A stretch of DNA of 64,000 nucleotides from Balanoglossus misakiensis. Taxonomy: Eukaryota; Animalia; Hemichordata. The position numbers and the translations under genes were made by a program. The notes under the pieces were generated by a model, which ran no database searches, was not told the DNA's origin, and saw nothing but the letters and a program-made list of their open reading frames with translations. This document shows, one piece after another, positions 25,001 through 37,809 of this stretch. The first letter of the stretch is position 1, and each line of letters opens with the position of its first letter. Where the stretch lies: NCBI GenBank assembly GCA_040954595.2, contig CM082597.2:6349849-6413848 (forward strand), written 5' to 3'.

Positions 25001-27955
25001 GCCAGGCTATAGGTGTTTTATAATAAACCTAATGCTAACAGCTGGGAAAATCTTGCAATTTTCTCTTGAGGCTGGCAGACGACATCTTCCGCGGTGGCCA
25101 TTGTGTCAGACGACGCGACGCTGATTGACGTGACCGAGTCTGCGCACTCACGCTGGTCACGTGACCGGTTTATATTTTTTCTGCTATTTCCCTAGCGGTT
25201 CATAGTCGATTCTATTTTCCTATCACGTGACGGATTCTGGCGAATCACGGCACAGTATTAGCATGAGGTATATTATAATATAAACTAAACCTGTCACCAG
25301 CAAAATGTCCTAGTTGTTCAGCCTAACATCAATTCTAATTTTTACGTCAATAAAGATGCATTGTATAGAAGTTTGTGGATAGATGGTGTGGATTTGTATA
25401 CAGAGAATGAATGGACGCACTATGATGGGACACCAATGACTTACTTACCATGGAAGGAAGGCGAGCCAAATGAAGACCCTAATAAAGTAGAACACTGTAT
25501 TGAAGCGAATATGTAATTATTTATATGTCTTCACCCAACCAGCAGGATCTCGGTGAATGTAACACCATCACAATTAGACACCATAAAGCACTGTGTCCAC
25601 AGCAAAACATTCGTCTGGTTAAGTTGCACTGCTATGTTTACTAGAAAATGCACAGTGACTGCGCGTCCATGATTTGTTGTCTCCATTTATGAGTAGGACA
25701 CATCTGAGCATCAAGTAAAATAAGGATGCGTACCTGACGGCCGTCTTATGCGCATGTACGTACTTTCGTGTGTACAAACATTACGTCCAATCCAAATGTT
25801 CTGCAAATTTTGCCTTCAACAGTTAAAGTAGTGGGCTGCATTCTCCTCCTTTCTTATTTCATGCGCACCGAATAATTAGACTTCAGTTTTGTCCCTTCGT
25901 TTGTTATCAAATGTGTTGTCTTTTCCCGTTCTCCAACACAGACTAGTTACATACCGCCATCTTGTCTCTTGTTAGAACAACCCACTGCCCCAGCCTCTCG
26001 TTTGGCCCATGCGCATAAGGTGATCGTCGCCCTTCGTTCTAGCACAAGCAAATGTGACACAATTCAGATTCAGCTGATAATATGTTAAAATGATTTCTCG
26101 CCATAAACGTATTGAACAGTATATTTGTTGGTAACGATTTTTCGTTGTCGTTTTCTTAGATACAGAGAACCTGCTAAGATGTTCAGTTTGGATTTTTGTC
26201 CAGGTTTTTCGAGATTTGTCTGTCGATATGGTAGGTGTATATCTTTGTACTTTATCAAATCTAGCAAAAGTGCACCAGAGACTCCCATGCAAATTTGTTA
26301 AACAATGATTCTTACATGAAATAAAGACGAATGGCGGCCTTTTATAATTTTGATCAGCTTTCTAATGAATGCAGAATCATTGTATTTCAAAAGTTATGGC
26401 GTAATAATTGTACCACATTTGTCGATATGTTGAACCCTAAATAGATGTGACTTGAGTCACGAACATGTGTGACATGCCAGTACTGAAATGTCGCCCACAT
26501 TGTAAGACTAACATCTCAGAAAAGAACTTCATCGCCATTTTTTGTATTGGTTCTCTCTTGCTTGGGTCAGAAATCCTTCGTCGCGAGAACGTTACATCAT
26601 CCACATTACCAGCCGAGAAAATAAGTGTAAACGTCTTAAGAAATAAACGACAAAACCATTTTACTAAGAGGTGTATCAGAACTGCGCCATCGATTTATTG
26701 CAGTTCGAATGAATGCTGTTATAAGAAGTTGCAATATTCAGCGTGGCAGTTTCTTGTAAAAAATGGACCTAACAGACTTCAATGAATCACTAATACATTC
26801 CAAAGTGAACATGGCGCCCTTTTTGTGGCCTAATGCCTATTTGAATACCACTTATCCTAAACCAGTTATTTCTTGTTGGTTTTACATTACAGGTGTGTCG
26901 TACACACCCAAACTGCCGTATATAAAATCTGAATGTTATAACAGTAGTCTGACGACACCTGGATATACAGGCAATGTTGGCTCTGACGTTACTAACACCA
27001 GTTCTTCAGAAATGTCAACAGATGTCACAGAGGATACTGGCGCTGGGGCTAAATCTGACACTAGCCCGACTGAAACAGAATCCCTGTTAGAGTTAACTTT
27101 AATGCAGCGAAACGAAACAACAGATAATGACGTTTTGACAGACATCCCTGACGACAAAGACACTGAGAGTGTCTCTGGTTTCATCTCGAAGGAAAACCCT
27201 ACTGAAACGGCTACAACTGTAGTGCGTGGGACTGAACCAGGCGTTGAGGAAGCCCACACTGATTCTGTCTCCATATCAACGGATACAATCGACGCCAGCA
27301 CCTTGTCTCCTAATACTGCATGTAAAGGTCCATTCTGCCAACATTTGCCAAGCATTAGTGTTGTCGATAGCAATTCGAAACTGCCCCACTGTAAGTATAA
27401 GTTCACTGTGCTTCACAGCCACACTTGTAGAAACAAAACACAATTGAATAATATAAAATGAGGCAGGGTGGCCTTAGTATTTTTGAAACACCTGATATCA
27501 CTTCTTTATTTTGCCAGAGGTCCGTGCATCTTTCTTTCACGGTTTTGACATCTGGCTGAATTTATGGTTGTCTGTGCTAGGCTACGCTGTGCTGCTGTTG
27601 TGTGTGTGTATGTGTGATTAGTCATGTACCAGTCAATGGTAAAATATATTTTCCTTGTGATTTTATTGAATATAGATAGTTATGCTCACAAGTATATAAT
27701 ACTGTACTTCACAAGTAACCGAGTGGATCCTGCCCACGCCCCATAGTCTCAGGCCGCATATTCTGCACTTTGGAATTTTTGCTATCTTTTTTTTTCTTGA
27801 CAGGTGACGAACTCGACAACAATGGCAACACTTTCATAGTCCTAGTCCTAGGCTTTGTCGCTGCATGCCTGGCTGTGCATATTGTGTTGATACTCGGGAT
27901 TTCTCGTTGTGTAAGAAACCTAGACCTTGCTCCAAAGTTGCAAAATGAAACATAG
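22081..27955 (+). CDS. Gene D1: type I membrane C-type lectin; signal peptide + 2 CTLDs + Ser/Thr/Asp-rich stalk + TM + short tail (~513 aa)
   Basis: 9 exons in frame (1542 nt): 22081-22162, 22506-22676, 22957-23098, 23546-23634, 24017-24196, 25356-25512, 26160-26230, 26893-27390, 27804-27955. Motifs TWLKAKEACEQDNGHL, VWIDAND, EPNDHGGEDC, CLNDGGAL, LWIDG, WKEGEPN, RFVCRY; TM FIVLVLGFVAACLAVHIVLILGI. Confidence 0.85.
24288..24390. repeat. (GTTGT)n microsatellite; paralogous array at 32169-32292
   Basis: Direct reading. Confidence 0.95.
24824..25278. mobile_element. Hairpin-bearing non-autonomous element (Crypton-like), inserted in D1 only
   Basis: Long palindrome centred on cccgaggccgcaggccgaggg; flanked by TATA on both sides; the paralogous site in D2 (ccactata|aactaaac, ~32730) is empty. 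Confidence 0.8.
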
Positions 27956-29868
27956 AATAATGTTCTTGCTTTGATCGTTACTCGTGTTATTAATGCTGTT
28001 TCTTCATTTGACACAGTGATCGAATTCAAAACATCATTTATGATCGTTAGTTAGGTTTCTGTTACAGTGTCACCATGTTTCGTTATTTCATTTAATAATT
28101 GAGAACAAGCTAAATTAATAAAGTCAGCGTTTTCACATTAGTAACTGTATTGAAATTGAATTACAACTATCTGTGAACAAATGTAATAATGCATGTTTAT
28201 TTATGATCATGGGTTTTCAATGTGAGTTGCACATTCGCTGTGGATCGCGGTAGTTATCATATGCACATGCGTACTGTAAATTAAGGAGGATATCTTTCTG
28301 TCACGGACATAACTCATTACCTGTGTTGTGTCGTCTTGTATTGTATTTGTCTTTACAACGTGCCACATGAATGTGATATTTGATTGGTGTTATTTTCGTA
28401 TATGGATGGTTATGATTTGAATTATTTGATTATATGATTAGTGTTGTTTTAATAAACATACTTTAGTTCACTATCACTTCAAACTTCATGTAAGTGTTGC
28501 TATTTTTCCCCGCACTTGGATTCGAAATACGTGACGCCTATGTGGGCAAGGGACATATGAACCCGACAACGTACAAACTGACCATTTCAAGAATGCACGT
28601 ACCTCAAACCCAACCGAAAGTGTTCAAACCATAGACAACTGGAAGTTTCACTATTCTAATTTTATATATTGAACATGTGAGCTACACTGGCACAAATATG
28701 AAGTAAAAAGCCCATAAGCTTTTATGGAATGTTTCATTACTGTGGAATGCTATTTCAAAATGGAAGTTTTATTTAAGTCCTGAAAACGTGATTGCTATAA
28801 GGCATTGAATTGTTTCTGCTACTCAAGGCCACTTGCCCCTTTGCAAAAGGGTTGCAAAATATTTTACAGAATCACTTCACAGCGGATTTTGGAAGCTTTG
28901 AAATCCAACAACAACTACAATGAATATTAAACTTTTGATTGATAGCGTTCAAGTCGAATTTAACACTCATACGCATGCTTGTCTTGTATACAACTACGCA
29001 CTCTCAACGATAATATGCTAGTAACTGATATATTTCCATTAACCTGGACTCGACTGGGAGATGTGCAGCAGATTGGCGGGTCATAAGATATTTCACCCCT
29101 CTTGGCATGGGAGGAGGTTGTTAAAGTCATCTATTTATTCATTTGGAACATCAGTCACAGTTTGCTTCTAAGAATATATTTGAAGTGTTAGAAAATGAAA
29201 TTCTCAAATATTATGAAATGCAAGTCAATAATAATAATAATAAGAAGAAAACTACTATATCAGTAAATTTTATTTAATATACTTTCTAGAAAACAGTTGA
29301 GTAATAGTTTCTAATGGGCAAAAGAGTGATGTTCATCTGAGAATAAAGCACTGAAAGTCTATGGTTTTGTTTTGACCACTGAATTAATTTCATAATGAGG
29401 TTTCAGCAAATAAACTTTTCCAGAAAATGACATATGTAGTTGTTTGGTTTATGAAAGGATATTTCGTTATAGGATAATGTTTCATCGTATCAGTATTCGA
29501 TACAATGGGCTTGTGGCGTAAACATTCTACGAAACTTGATTCGTCTCTGCCCGCGAATATTCTATCAGCCATCTGGTGCGTGCACATTGTAAAAAGCTTG
29601 ACTCACAGTCGCTTTTTGGTCTCTTCACAAACAACCATGCTCTCCCAAACGAAATTCGATCACCAATTCTGCAGTGTACACGTCTTTCAAGATATATCCA
29701 ATGACAACATCAATCAAGACCTAGACACACCCTTTTGCAAATATATGGGAAAATACAAATTGGAAGTAGTGTATTCCTTTAAAAAGTAATCTCGTACGGA
29801 CAGGAGAGAAACTGCGGTATAAGGGCGTGCACATACCATACCACACACGTCAGAGTATTCGCTCAACG

Positions 29869-32800
29869 ATGGAAACACTACATCGAACGCTGTGCTACCT
29901 CAGTATTGTATCCGTGGTAATTTTCTCACATACCCAGGTGACGGCGAACGGTATTGTAGACCATTTTCATGTATTCGATGAATTCCTGATGGTAATCTCA
30001 GTATTAGAGTAGCAGTGTTTTACAACTTCATCATCGTGCCATACACGCGTCGTTTCTAAAGTGACAATGATCACAAATCATAGCATTTTCAATAATTATA
30101 TGCTAAAATTTCAGAATACACGTTCTAGTTATGTACCATCAGTTGCCAACACACTATAAATATTTCATATTAATGTAAACAACATTCTCTTATACATGTT
30201 TGTAAATGTCATGTGTTTCAGCCCAAGAGTTTATGACTGTGATCGAAAATGAGTTGAAACTTGCCAAATATGAAGCAACGTGGCTGGAAGCAAAAGAAGC
30301 ATGTGAGCAGGACAATGGGCATCTGTTGAGGTTCTACGACCGAGAGACCATGAATATAGTTGTCAGCTATATAGCGTTATGGGTTTTGCCAGGTGATTAA
30401 CATATTTAAATGACGTTAAATAATGATAATGAATGATAACACTTAGCTGTTATAACTTATGTAGTGTGCTAATTGATCATTCTGCGGAAATTTCACAAAA
30501 TGTCCTACTGTAAAAGAGAACCCAACTTTGTCATAACTGCATGTTCATGCAAGCAATGTCTTCTCATTCAGAAGTACAATTGTTGTAATAATCAACGTGA
30601 CTTTTAAAGTACACCAATCGACATGTATCACTCAACATTCAAGATGCATTTCTTCTTTGGAATGTTTTACAGAATACGTCTGGATCGATGCCAATGATAG
30701 AGAGACAGAAGGTCACTTTGTATACTCGGACGGTTCGAGCATAGATGAATGTGTGGCAGCATGGGACATGCGGGAACCAGACGACAATGGCGGTGAAGAT
30801 TGTGGTTTAATATGGTAATATTGTTTTAAAGGGGGTCAACTGACCTGCACGTATACGATGTATATTTGGCTGTAACCAGATCTCTATAGGCGGGGCTTTA
30901 TGTAGAAAGGCTAGTATGACATAGCCCCACGGCTATTGTCTTTGGCTAGTTACACCACACTCCCATCTGGGTCATACCACAAGTACCGTGGCACTCAGAG
31001 ATGCATGCGACCGCGATTTTGACAGATAATGGCATCAGTATGCCACAAACACGTGACAGATGATGAAATCAGAGCGTAAACCGCAGCACATATGTAATAA
31101 AAATAATTGCACTACCTTTACTCTTCTAAATCGCTGATGGATGACACATACTTGACGAAACAGCAGACGGCTTAAAGTTGTATTCAAAAACCTTACTTCG
31201 TACACACATCTTTGCATTATCCTGTATGTGTATAGTGAGATATTCCACCTTTGTTTAATGGTACAGGTGGTCTACGTCATGGAATGACTGGGATTGTGAC
31301 GATAGGCATCGTTTCATGTGCCAGTATAAGAACAGTAGTGCCCACTCAAGTAAGTGATAATAAGCTAATAATTAAATAAAGCATTATATGAAAATAGTAA
31401 TTTAAATATTAATAGGTTTGATTTCAACAAAAATTTCACACTTGCAATAATTTTGGTCGTGAAGAATAATTTTGGGGTTTATTTTCTGAATTGACTTTTA
31501 TAAACTGGTTAAATTGGACCCAAACAAAGGAACTACGCATGTACACACATCTGGCCGATTATATTTTCAATATGACCTCAAGAAATCAAAAGTTTCGATT
31601 GTTCACGCATAGTTTCAGCGTGGTGCTAACTTCAAAAATCTCTCCACAAAAACCTCAATTGCCAAATTACTTTTTCTAGAATGTAGGTTACTGCCATACG
31701 TAGCAAATTAATAGGTCAACAGAGATCTTTGTGGACATGCGCGCAAGGTCTTGACAACGTAGATACACAATAATCGTATGACGAAAATACAGCAATGTGC
31801 ACACCTTGCCAACTGTTTTCCACTTGCTATACAGTCATATGTCAAAAACAAAGGTGAATCAATAGTATTATTCTCCTTCTTACATCTTTGTCAGTGCTTC
31901 TTGATAGAGTCAATGACGAATACAAGGTATCCAGATTCCTCGCAAGCTCCCGAGACGCCTATGAGTACTGCTTGAATGATGGAGGGGCTTTACTACGAGT
32001 ACCTGACCAACAGACAATGGAATATGTTGCAAACATGGTTCACTGGGGTGACAATAGTCGTGGGATACCCTTTAGTAAGTATCGACCACACCCTTCTATC
32101 CAACATGGCAGTTTTGTTTTGTATTGTACGGGGTTTTATTTAATCTTATTTGATGCAATGTAATATTTTGTTGTGTTGTGTTGTGTTGTGTTGTGTTGTG
32201 TTGTGTTGTGTTGTGTTGTGTTGTGTTGTGTTGTGTTGTGTTGTGTTGTGTTGTGTTGTGTTGTGTTGTGTTGTGTCGTGTCGTGTTGTGTTGCGACACA
32301 CAATGTTATACTATGGTATTTTATTATGTCATGTTTCAAATTTTTGTGTTTTGCATAAAAATGTATGTTGTGTAGCTTATTCTGCTGCATCATAAAACAT
32401 TATAGTCTAAACTGATATTGATAAGTAGTGCATCGGAGGTGGCGAATATTGCCTGTGCCATTTTAACCCCTGTTTCTCAACATCACAACCCCACAAACCA
32501 CATACATATAGTCACAACTTCAGGGATGTGTACATGCCTTGGTCATAATCGATAGACATGTATTTTTATGGGTAGTAAAGTGTGTTGTACATGTGTGTTA
32601 CGTCTTAGGCAAAGTTGATGTGGTCTAGACTACAATTCAGGAAAACGGAACTTGAAAAAAAGGTTAAAAGCAGCATGCCTTACAGAAAAAATGATTATTC
32701 ATTCCACTATTTTTTGTTGCATCCACTATAAACTAAACACGTCACCAGCAAAAAGTCCTAGGTGTTCGGCCTAACATCAATTCTAATTTTTACGTCAATA

Positions 32801-35359
32801 AAGATGCATTGTATAGAAGATTGTGGATAGATGGTGTGGATTTGTATACAGAGAATGAATGGACGCACTATGATAGGACGCCAATGACATATTTACCATG
32901 GGTGGACGGCGAGCCAAATGAACACCCTGGGAAAATGCAACACTGCATTCGAGCGGAATTGTAATTATTATTTGTCTTCACCAAACCACGTTTCCCTAGC
33001 AGAATTTTGGAGAATGTAACACCATCACAATTAGACACTATAAAGCACTATGTCCACAGCAAAACATTCGTCTGGATAAGGTGCACTGTTATATTAGGCT
33101 ACCTGGAAAATGCACAGTGACTGCGCATCCATGATCTGTTGTCTCCATTTATAAGTAGAGCACATCTGTGTGTAGCCTAGTACCTCGGCGTATTTTGTCC
33201 GCTTTGCTTCCAAACCTAACGCCTAGCCTCATTCAAGTAACTGGCCCAATAAAACCCCGTACCCCTTGCTGGGAATTGTGATGTAACTAGCGTCCCTGTG
33301 AAGTCAATCAGAGACTTTGTTTTCCAATGATTGGACAAAGGATATACATATGTGTAATTAAGGATGGGTAAGATTTTAAATTCAAATTAACCCTGCCTTC
33401 ACTACAACCTTACACCCAATCACCATTGTTCAGTTTATGTGAGTGACTTCAAGGGGACGCTAGTTACATCACATTTTTCAGCAAGGGGTATCAGTTTATT
33501 GGGCCAGTGGCATGCATGACGCTAGGCGTTAGTTTTGGAAGCAAAGCGGACAAAATACGCCGAGGTACTAGGCTCATCTGCGCATGTATGTACATTCGTG
33601 TGTACAAACATTACGTCCAATCCAAATGTTCTGCAAAATTGCGTTCGACACATTCAAATAGTGGGCTGCATTCGCCTCCTTTCTTATTTCATGCGCGCCG
33701 AATATGAGCCTTTATATGTCCCTTCGTTTCATCCACTTTGTTGTCTTTTCCCGATCTCCAACACAGTCTAGTCACCGCCATTTTGTCTGGTTGTTAGCAC
33801 AGCGCACTGCCGGAGTCTCTAGTTTGGCTCATGCGCATAAGGTGATCATCGCCCTTTAATGAAGCCTAAGGAATATGACACAATTCAGCTGATAACATGT
33901 TATAATGACTTTCATGATAAACGTATTGGTCAGATTATTTGTTGGTAATGATTATTTGCTGTCATTTTCCTAGATATAGAGAATCTACTAAGTTGTACTG
34001 TTTGGATTATTGTCAAAGTTTCCGAAGATTTGTCTGTCGATATGGTAAGTGTACATCTCTATACTTTATCAAATCTATCAACAGTACACCAGAGACTCCC
34101 ATACAAATTTGTTAAGCAATACTTTTTGTATGAAGTAAAGACGAATGACGGCCTTTTAAAATTTTGGTCAGGTTTCTAATGAGTGCAGATGCATTGTATT
34201 TTGCAATATTGTGGCATAATAAATGTACCACATTTGTCGATATGTTTAACCCTAAATAGATGTGACTTGAGTCACGAACAAGTGTGGCATGCCAGTACTG
34301 AAATGTCGCCCACATTGTAAGAGTACCATCTCAGAAAAGAACTTCATCGCCACTTTTTGCATTGGTTCTCTCTTGCGTGGGTCGGAAATCCTTCGTCACG
34401 AGAACGTTACATCATCCACATTACCAGCCGAGAAAACGACTGTAAATGTTTTATGAAATAAACGACACAACCATTTTACTAAGAGGTGTATCCGAACTGC
34501 ACCAAAATGAACCTAACAGACTTCAATGAATCACTGATACATGCCGAAGTAAACATGGCGCCCTTTTGTGGCCTAATGCCTCTATAAATACCACTTATCC
34601 TAAACCAGTTATTTCTTGTTGGTTTTTACATTACAGGTGTGTCGTATACACCCAAACTGCCATATATAAAATCTGAATGTTATAGCAGTAGTCTGACGAC
34701 ACCTGGATATACAGGCCATGTTGGCTCTGACGTTACTAATACCAGTTCTTCAGAAATGTCAACAGATGTCACAGAGGATACTGGCGCTGGGGCTAAATCT
34801 GACACTAGCCCGACTGAAACAGAATCCCTGTTAGAGTTAACTGTGATGCAGCGAAACGAAACAACAGATAATGAAGTTTTGACAGACATCCCTGACGACA
34901 AGGGCACTGAGGGTGTCTCTGGTTTCATCTCGAAGGAAAACCCTACTGAAACGGCTACAACTGTAGTGCGTGGGACTGAACCAGACGTTGAGGGAACCCA
35001 CACTGATTCTGTCTCCATATCAACAGATACAATCGACGCCAGCATCTCGTCTCCTAATACTGCGTGTAAAGGTCCATTTTGCCAACATTTGCCAAGCATT
35101 AGTGTTGTCGATAGCAATTCGAAACTGCCCCACTGTAAGTATTGGTTCACTGTGCTTCACAACCACAATTGTAGATACAAAACACAATTGGAGGCAAGGT
35201 GGCCTTAATATTTTTGAAACACCTGATATCACTTCTTTATTTTGCCAGAGGTCTGCGCATCTGTCTTCCATGGTTTTGACTTCTGACTGCATGTATTGTT
35301 GCCTGTGCTAGGCTACACTGTGCTGCTGCTGTTTATTTGTTTGTTTGTTTGTTTGTTTG

Positions 35360-35457
<98 letters not shown>

Positions 35458-35932
35458 TTTGTGATTGGCCATGTACCGGTCCATGGTAAATATATTTGCC
35501 CTGTGGTTTTATTGAACATAAATTGTTATGCTCGCAAGTATATAATACTATATTTCACAAGTAACCCGAATGGATCCTGTCCACATCACAAGTAACCCGA
35601 ATGGATCCTGTCCACGTCACAAGTAACCCGAATGGATCCTGTCCACGTCACAAGTAACCCGAATGGATCCTGTCCACGTCACAAGTAACCCGAATGGATC
35701 CTGCCAACGCCCCATAGCCCAAGGCCTGATAGTCTGCACTTCAGCTTTGTTGCTATCACATTTATTTTTTTTCTTGACAGGTGACGAACTCGACAACACT
35801 GGCAACACTTTCATGGTCCTAGTCCTAGGCTTTATCGCTGCATATCTGGCTGTGCATATTGTGTTGATACTCGGGATTTCGCGTTTTGTAAGAAACCTAG
35901 ACCCTGCTCCGAAGTTGCAAAATGACACATAG
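29869..35932 (+). CDS. Gene D2: paralog of D1, 2xCTLD + stalk + TM (~511 aa)
   Basis: 9 exons in frame (1536 nt): 29869-29950, 30222-30392, 30673-30814, 31267-31349, 31895-32074, 32804-32960, 33974-34044, 34637-35134, 35781-35932. CTLD1 has EPD...WND; CTLD2 has WVDGEPN. Confidence 0.85.
33174..33574. mobile_element. 401-bp foldback MITE with long TIRs (AGCCT termini, possibly PIF/Harbinger), in D2 only
   Basis: agcctagtacctcggcgtattttgtccgctttgcttccaaa ... tttggaagcaaagcggacaaaatacgccgaggtactaggct, plus inner inverted arms; absent from the matching D1 intron. Confidence 0.85.
35334..35456. repeat. (TTTG)n + (TG)n microsatellite
   Basis: Direct reading; only a short TG run at the D1 site (~27600). 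Confidence 0.95.
35555..35706. repeat. 31-bp minisatellite, ~5 copies
   Basis: tcacaagtaacccgaatggatcctgtccacg with period 31; a single copy in D1 at ~27709. Confidence 0.93.
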
Positions 35933-37408
35933 AATACTGTTCTTGCTTTGAGCTTTGTTCATGTTATTTGGTGCTGTTTCATCATTTGACACAGTGATCA
36001 AATTCAAATCATCATTTATAATCGTTAGTTAGGTTTCTGTTACAGTGTCACCATGTTTCTTTATTACATTTTATAATTGAGAGAAAGCTAAATGAAGTCA
36101 GCGTTTTAACCGTATTGGAATTGAACCGAAATATTTTTGAACAGATGTGGCTCATGTGTAATAATGATCACAGGTTTCCAATGTCTGGAGGATATTCGCT
36201 ATGGATCTTAGTTATCATATGCACATGCGTACAATCAATTACTGGAGGATATCTTTTTGTCATGGACTTACTTCATTACCTATGCTGTGCTGTGTTGTGC
36301 TGTAAAACATGCCTTATAAATGTGATATTTGATTATTCTTGGAATATGGATGGTTATGATCTGCATTATTTGACTATGATTAGTGTTATTTTAATAAACG
36401 TGCTTTGGTTCGGTATCACTTCAAACTTCGCAAACGTGTTGTTGTTGTTTTTCCCGGAATTTGAAATACCGCCCATGGCAGCAAGGGACATATGAACCAG
36501 ACAATGTACCCACTAGCCAGGCACAGCGGCAGAGACTTGGCAAGACTGAGCAGATATGATGTTGGGTGAATGTATTGCCTCTGGCGACCTAGTTTCACAG
36601 AGTGCAACATTCATGCACCTGAACTTTATCTTTTAAATGATTGGTTGTGAAAAGAATGTAACCACTCAGGAACAGGTTAGTTAGACTGCTGCTTTATAGC
36701 GCCATTTTTATTGTGACGCTCAGATCTACATGCTCCAGGCAACTAAAGACAGACACTGAATAATGAATTGAATGATTCCTCGTCAGGCTTTATTACAGAT
36801 GGTCAAAGGTTCATCTGACTTGAAGCTCGGCTCTTTCTAATTGAATATTAAATTCCATATTTATATATTTCTATCATTACATAAAAGTTCTAATAATCAA
36901 TCAAAGTTCAACCAGAAAGTTCTCTCGTCGATGGAAACTTCCATCAGAGTTCAGTCTATTGTTCACCACAGTTCATTCTATTGTTCAATTGCTCTGATGA
37001 TTTCATTGGATCATACTTGGAATATTCCTTTCTTTAATTGTACCTGATTGGATAATATTTGTACGTTTCAATTGGATAATAATATTTCTATGTTTTAATT
37101 GGATAATAATATAATTATGTCACATGCATATTTAATAAAAACCATGTGAGAAACATTAGTTAGCAGATTCTAATCAATCTCTGATTAATCATCACTCATG
37201 AGTAATGAAATTTTGATTGAAAAGGTTTGGAGAGTCTGTTATGTTATCAATGGTCCTCACATTGTCATTACATGAAAAACACAATCCTAATTCCTGTTCT
37301 TAAAATTATAACTGCTAGAATTTTCTTTGAGTTCACGGTTTATAAAAAAAAATATCTAACTAACACAGGCTTGTGTGTATACATCAATATAGATAATGTG
37401 TCTTTGAC

Positions 37409-37766
37409 GTTAAAGGGACAAAGTCTCTCTCTCGCTGCCCTTTTTCCATTGATTATGTTTGATACAAGACGCCGTTTATGTTTTTCTACATGCGGATATA
37501 TGGTGAATCGATTTTTGACCACACACAACTTCCATCACACTTGTAGACATGAGAGTGAAACAAATCGCCAAAATGAATAATTGGTGTTTACCGTTTATTC
37601 ATTTTGGCGAGATTTTTACTCTCATATCCTGTAAATGGGATGGAAGTTGTGTGTGGTTGAACGTTGATTCACTATATATCCACATGTAGAATAACATAAA
37701 CAGTGTATTGTATCAAACATAATTAATCAGAAAAGGGGCATCGAGAAGGAGACTTCGTCCCTTTAA
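37409..37766. mobile_element. TTAA-flanked MITE family K1 just 3' of the gene E stop codon
   Basis: ttaaagggacaaagtctctctctcg ... gagacttcgtccctttaa. Confidence 0.85.
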
Positions 37767-37809
37767 GTGCATGACTGAATCCAATGATAACGTCCATTGT
37801 GTATTGTCA

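Larger units (their letters stand above)
21374..36498 (+). repeat. Tandem segmental duplication, ~21374-28565 versus ~29494-36498, carrying genes D1 and D2
   Basis: Colinear high identity across promoter, exons, introns and 3' flank, from attcgatacaatg to gcaagggacatatgaacc. Confidence 0.92.

Noticed and set aside
26519-26626. Possible extra exon in D1/D2 (KELHRHFLYWFSLAWV...), conserved at ~34335-34441
   Set aside because: Its phases do not fit both flanking exons in both paralogs; exon 7 splices in frame directly to the stalk exon
26936-27406. 156-aa antisense ORFs (also 34680-35150)
   Set aside because: Shadow ORFs opposite the real S/T-rich stalk exons
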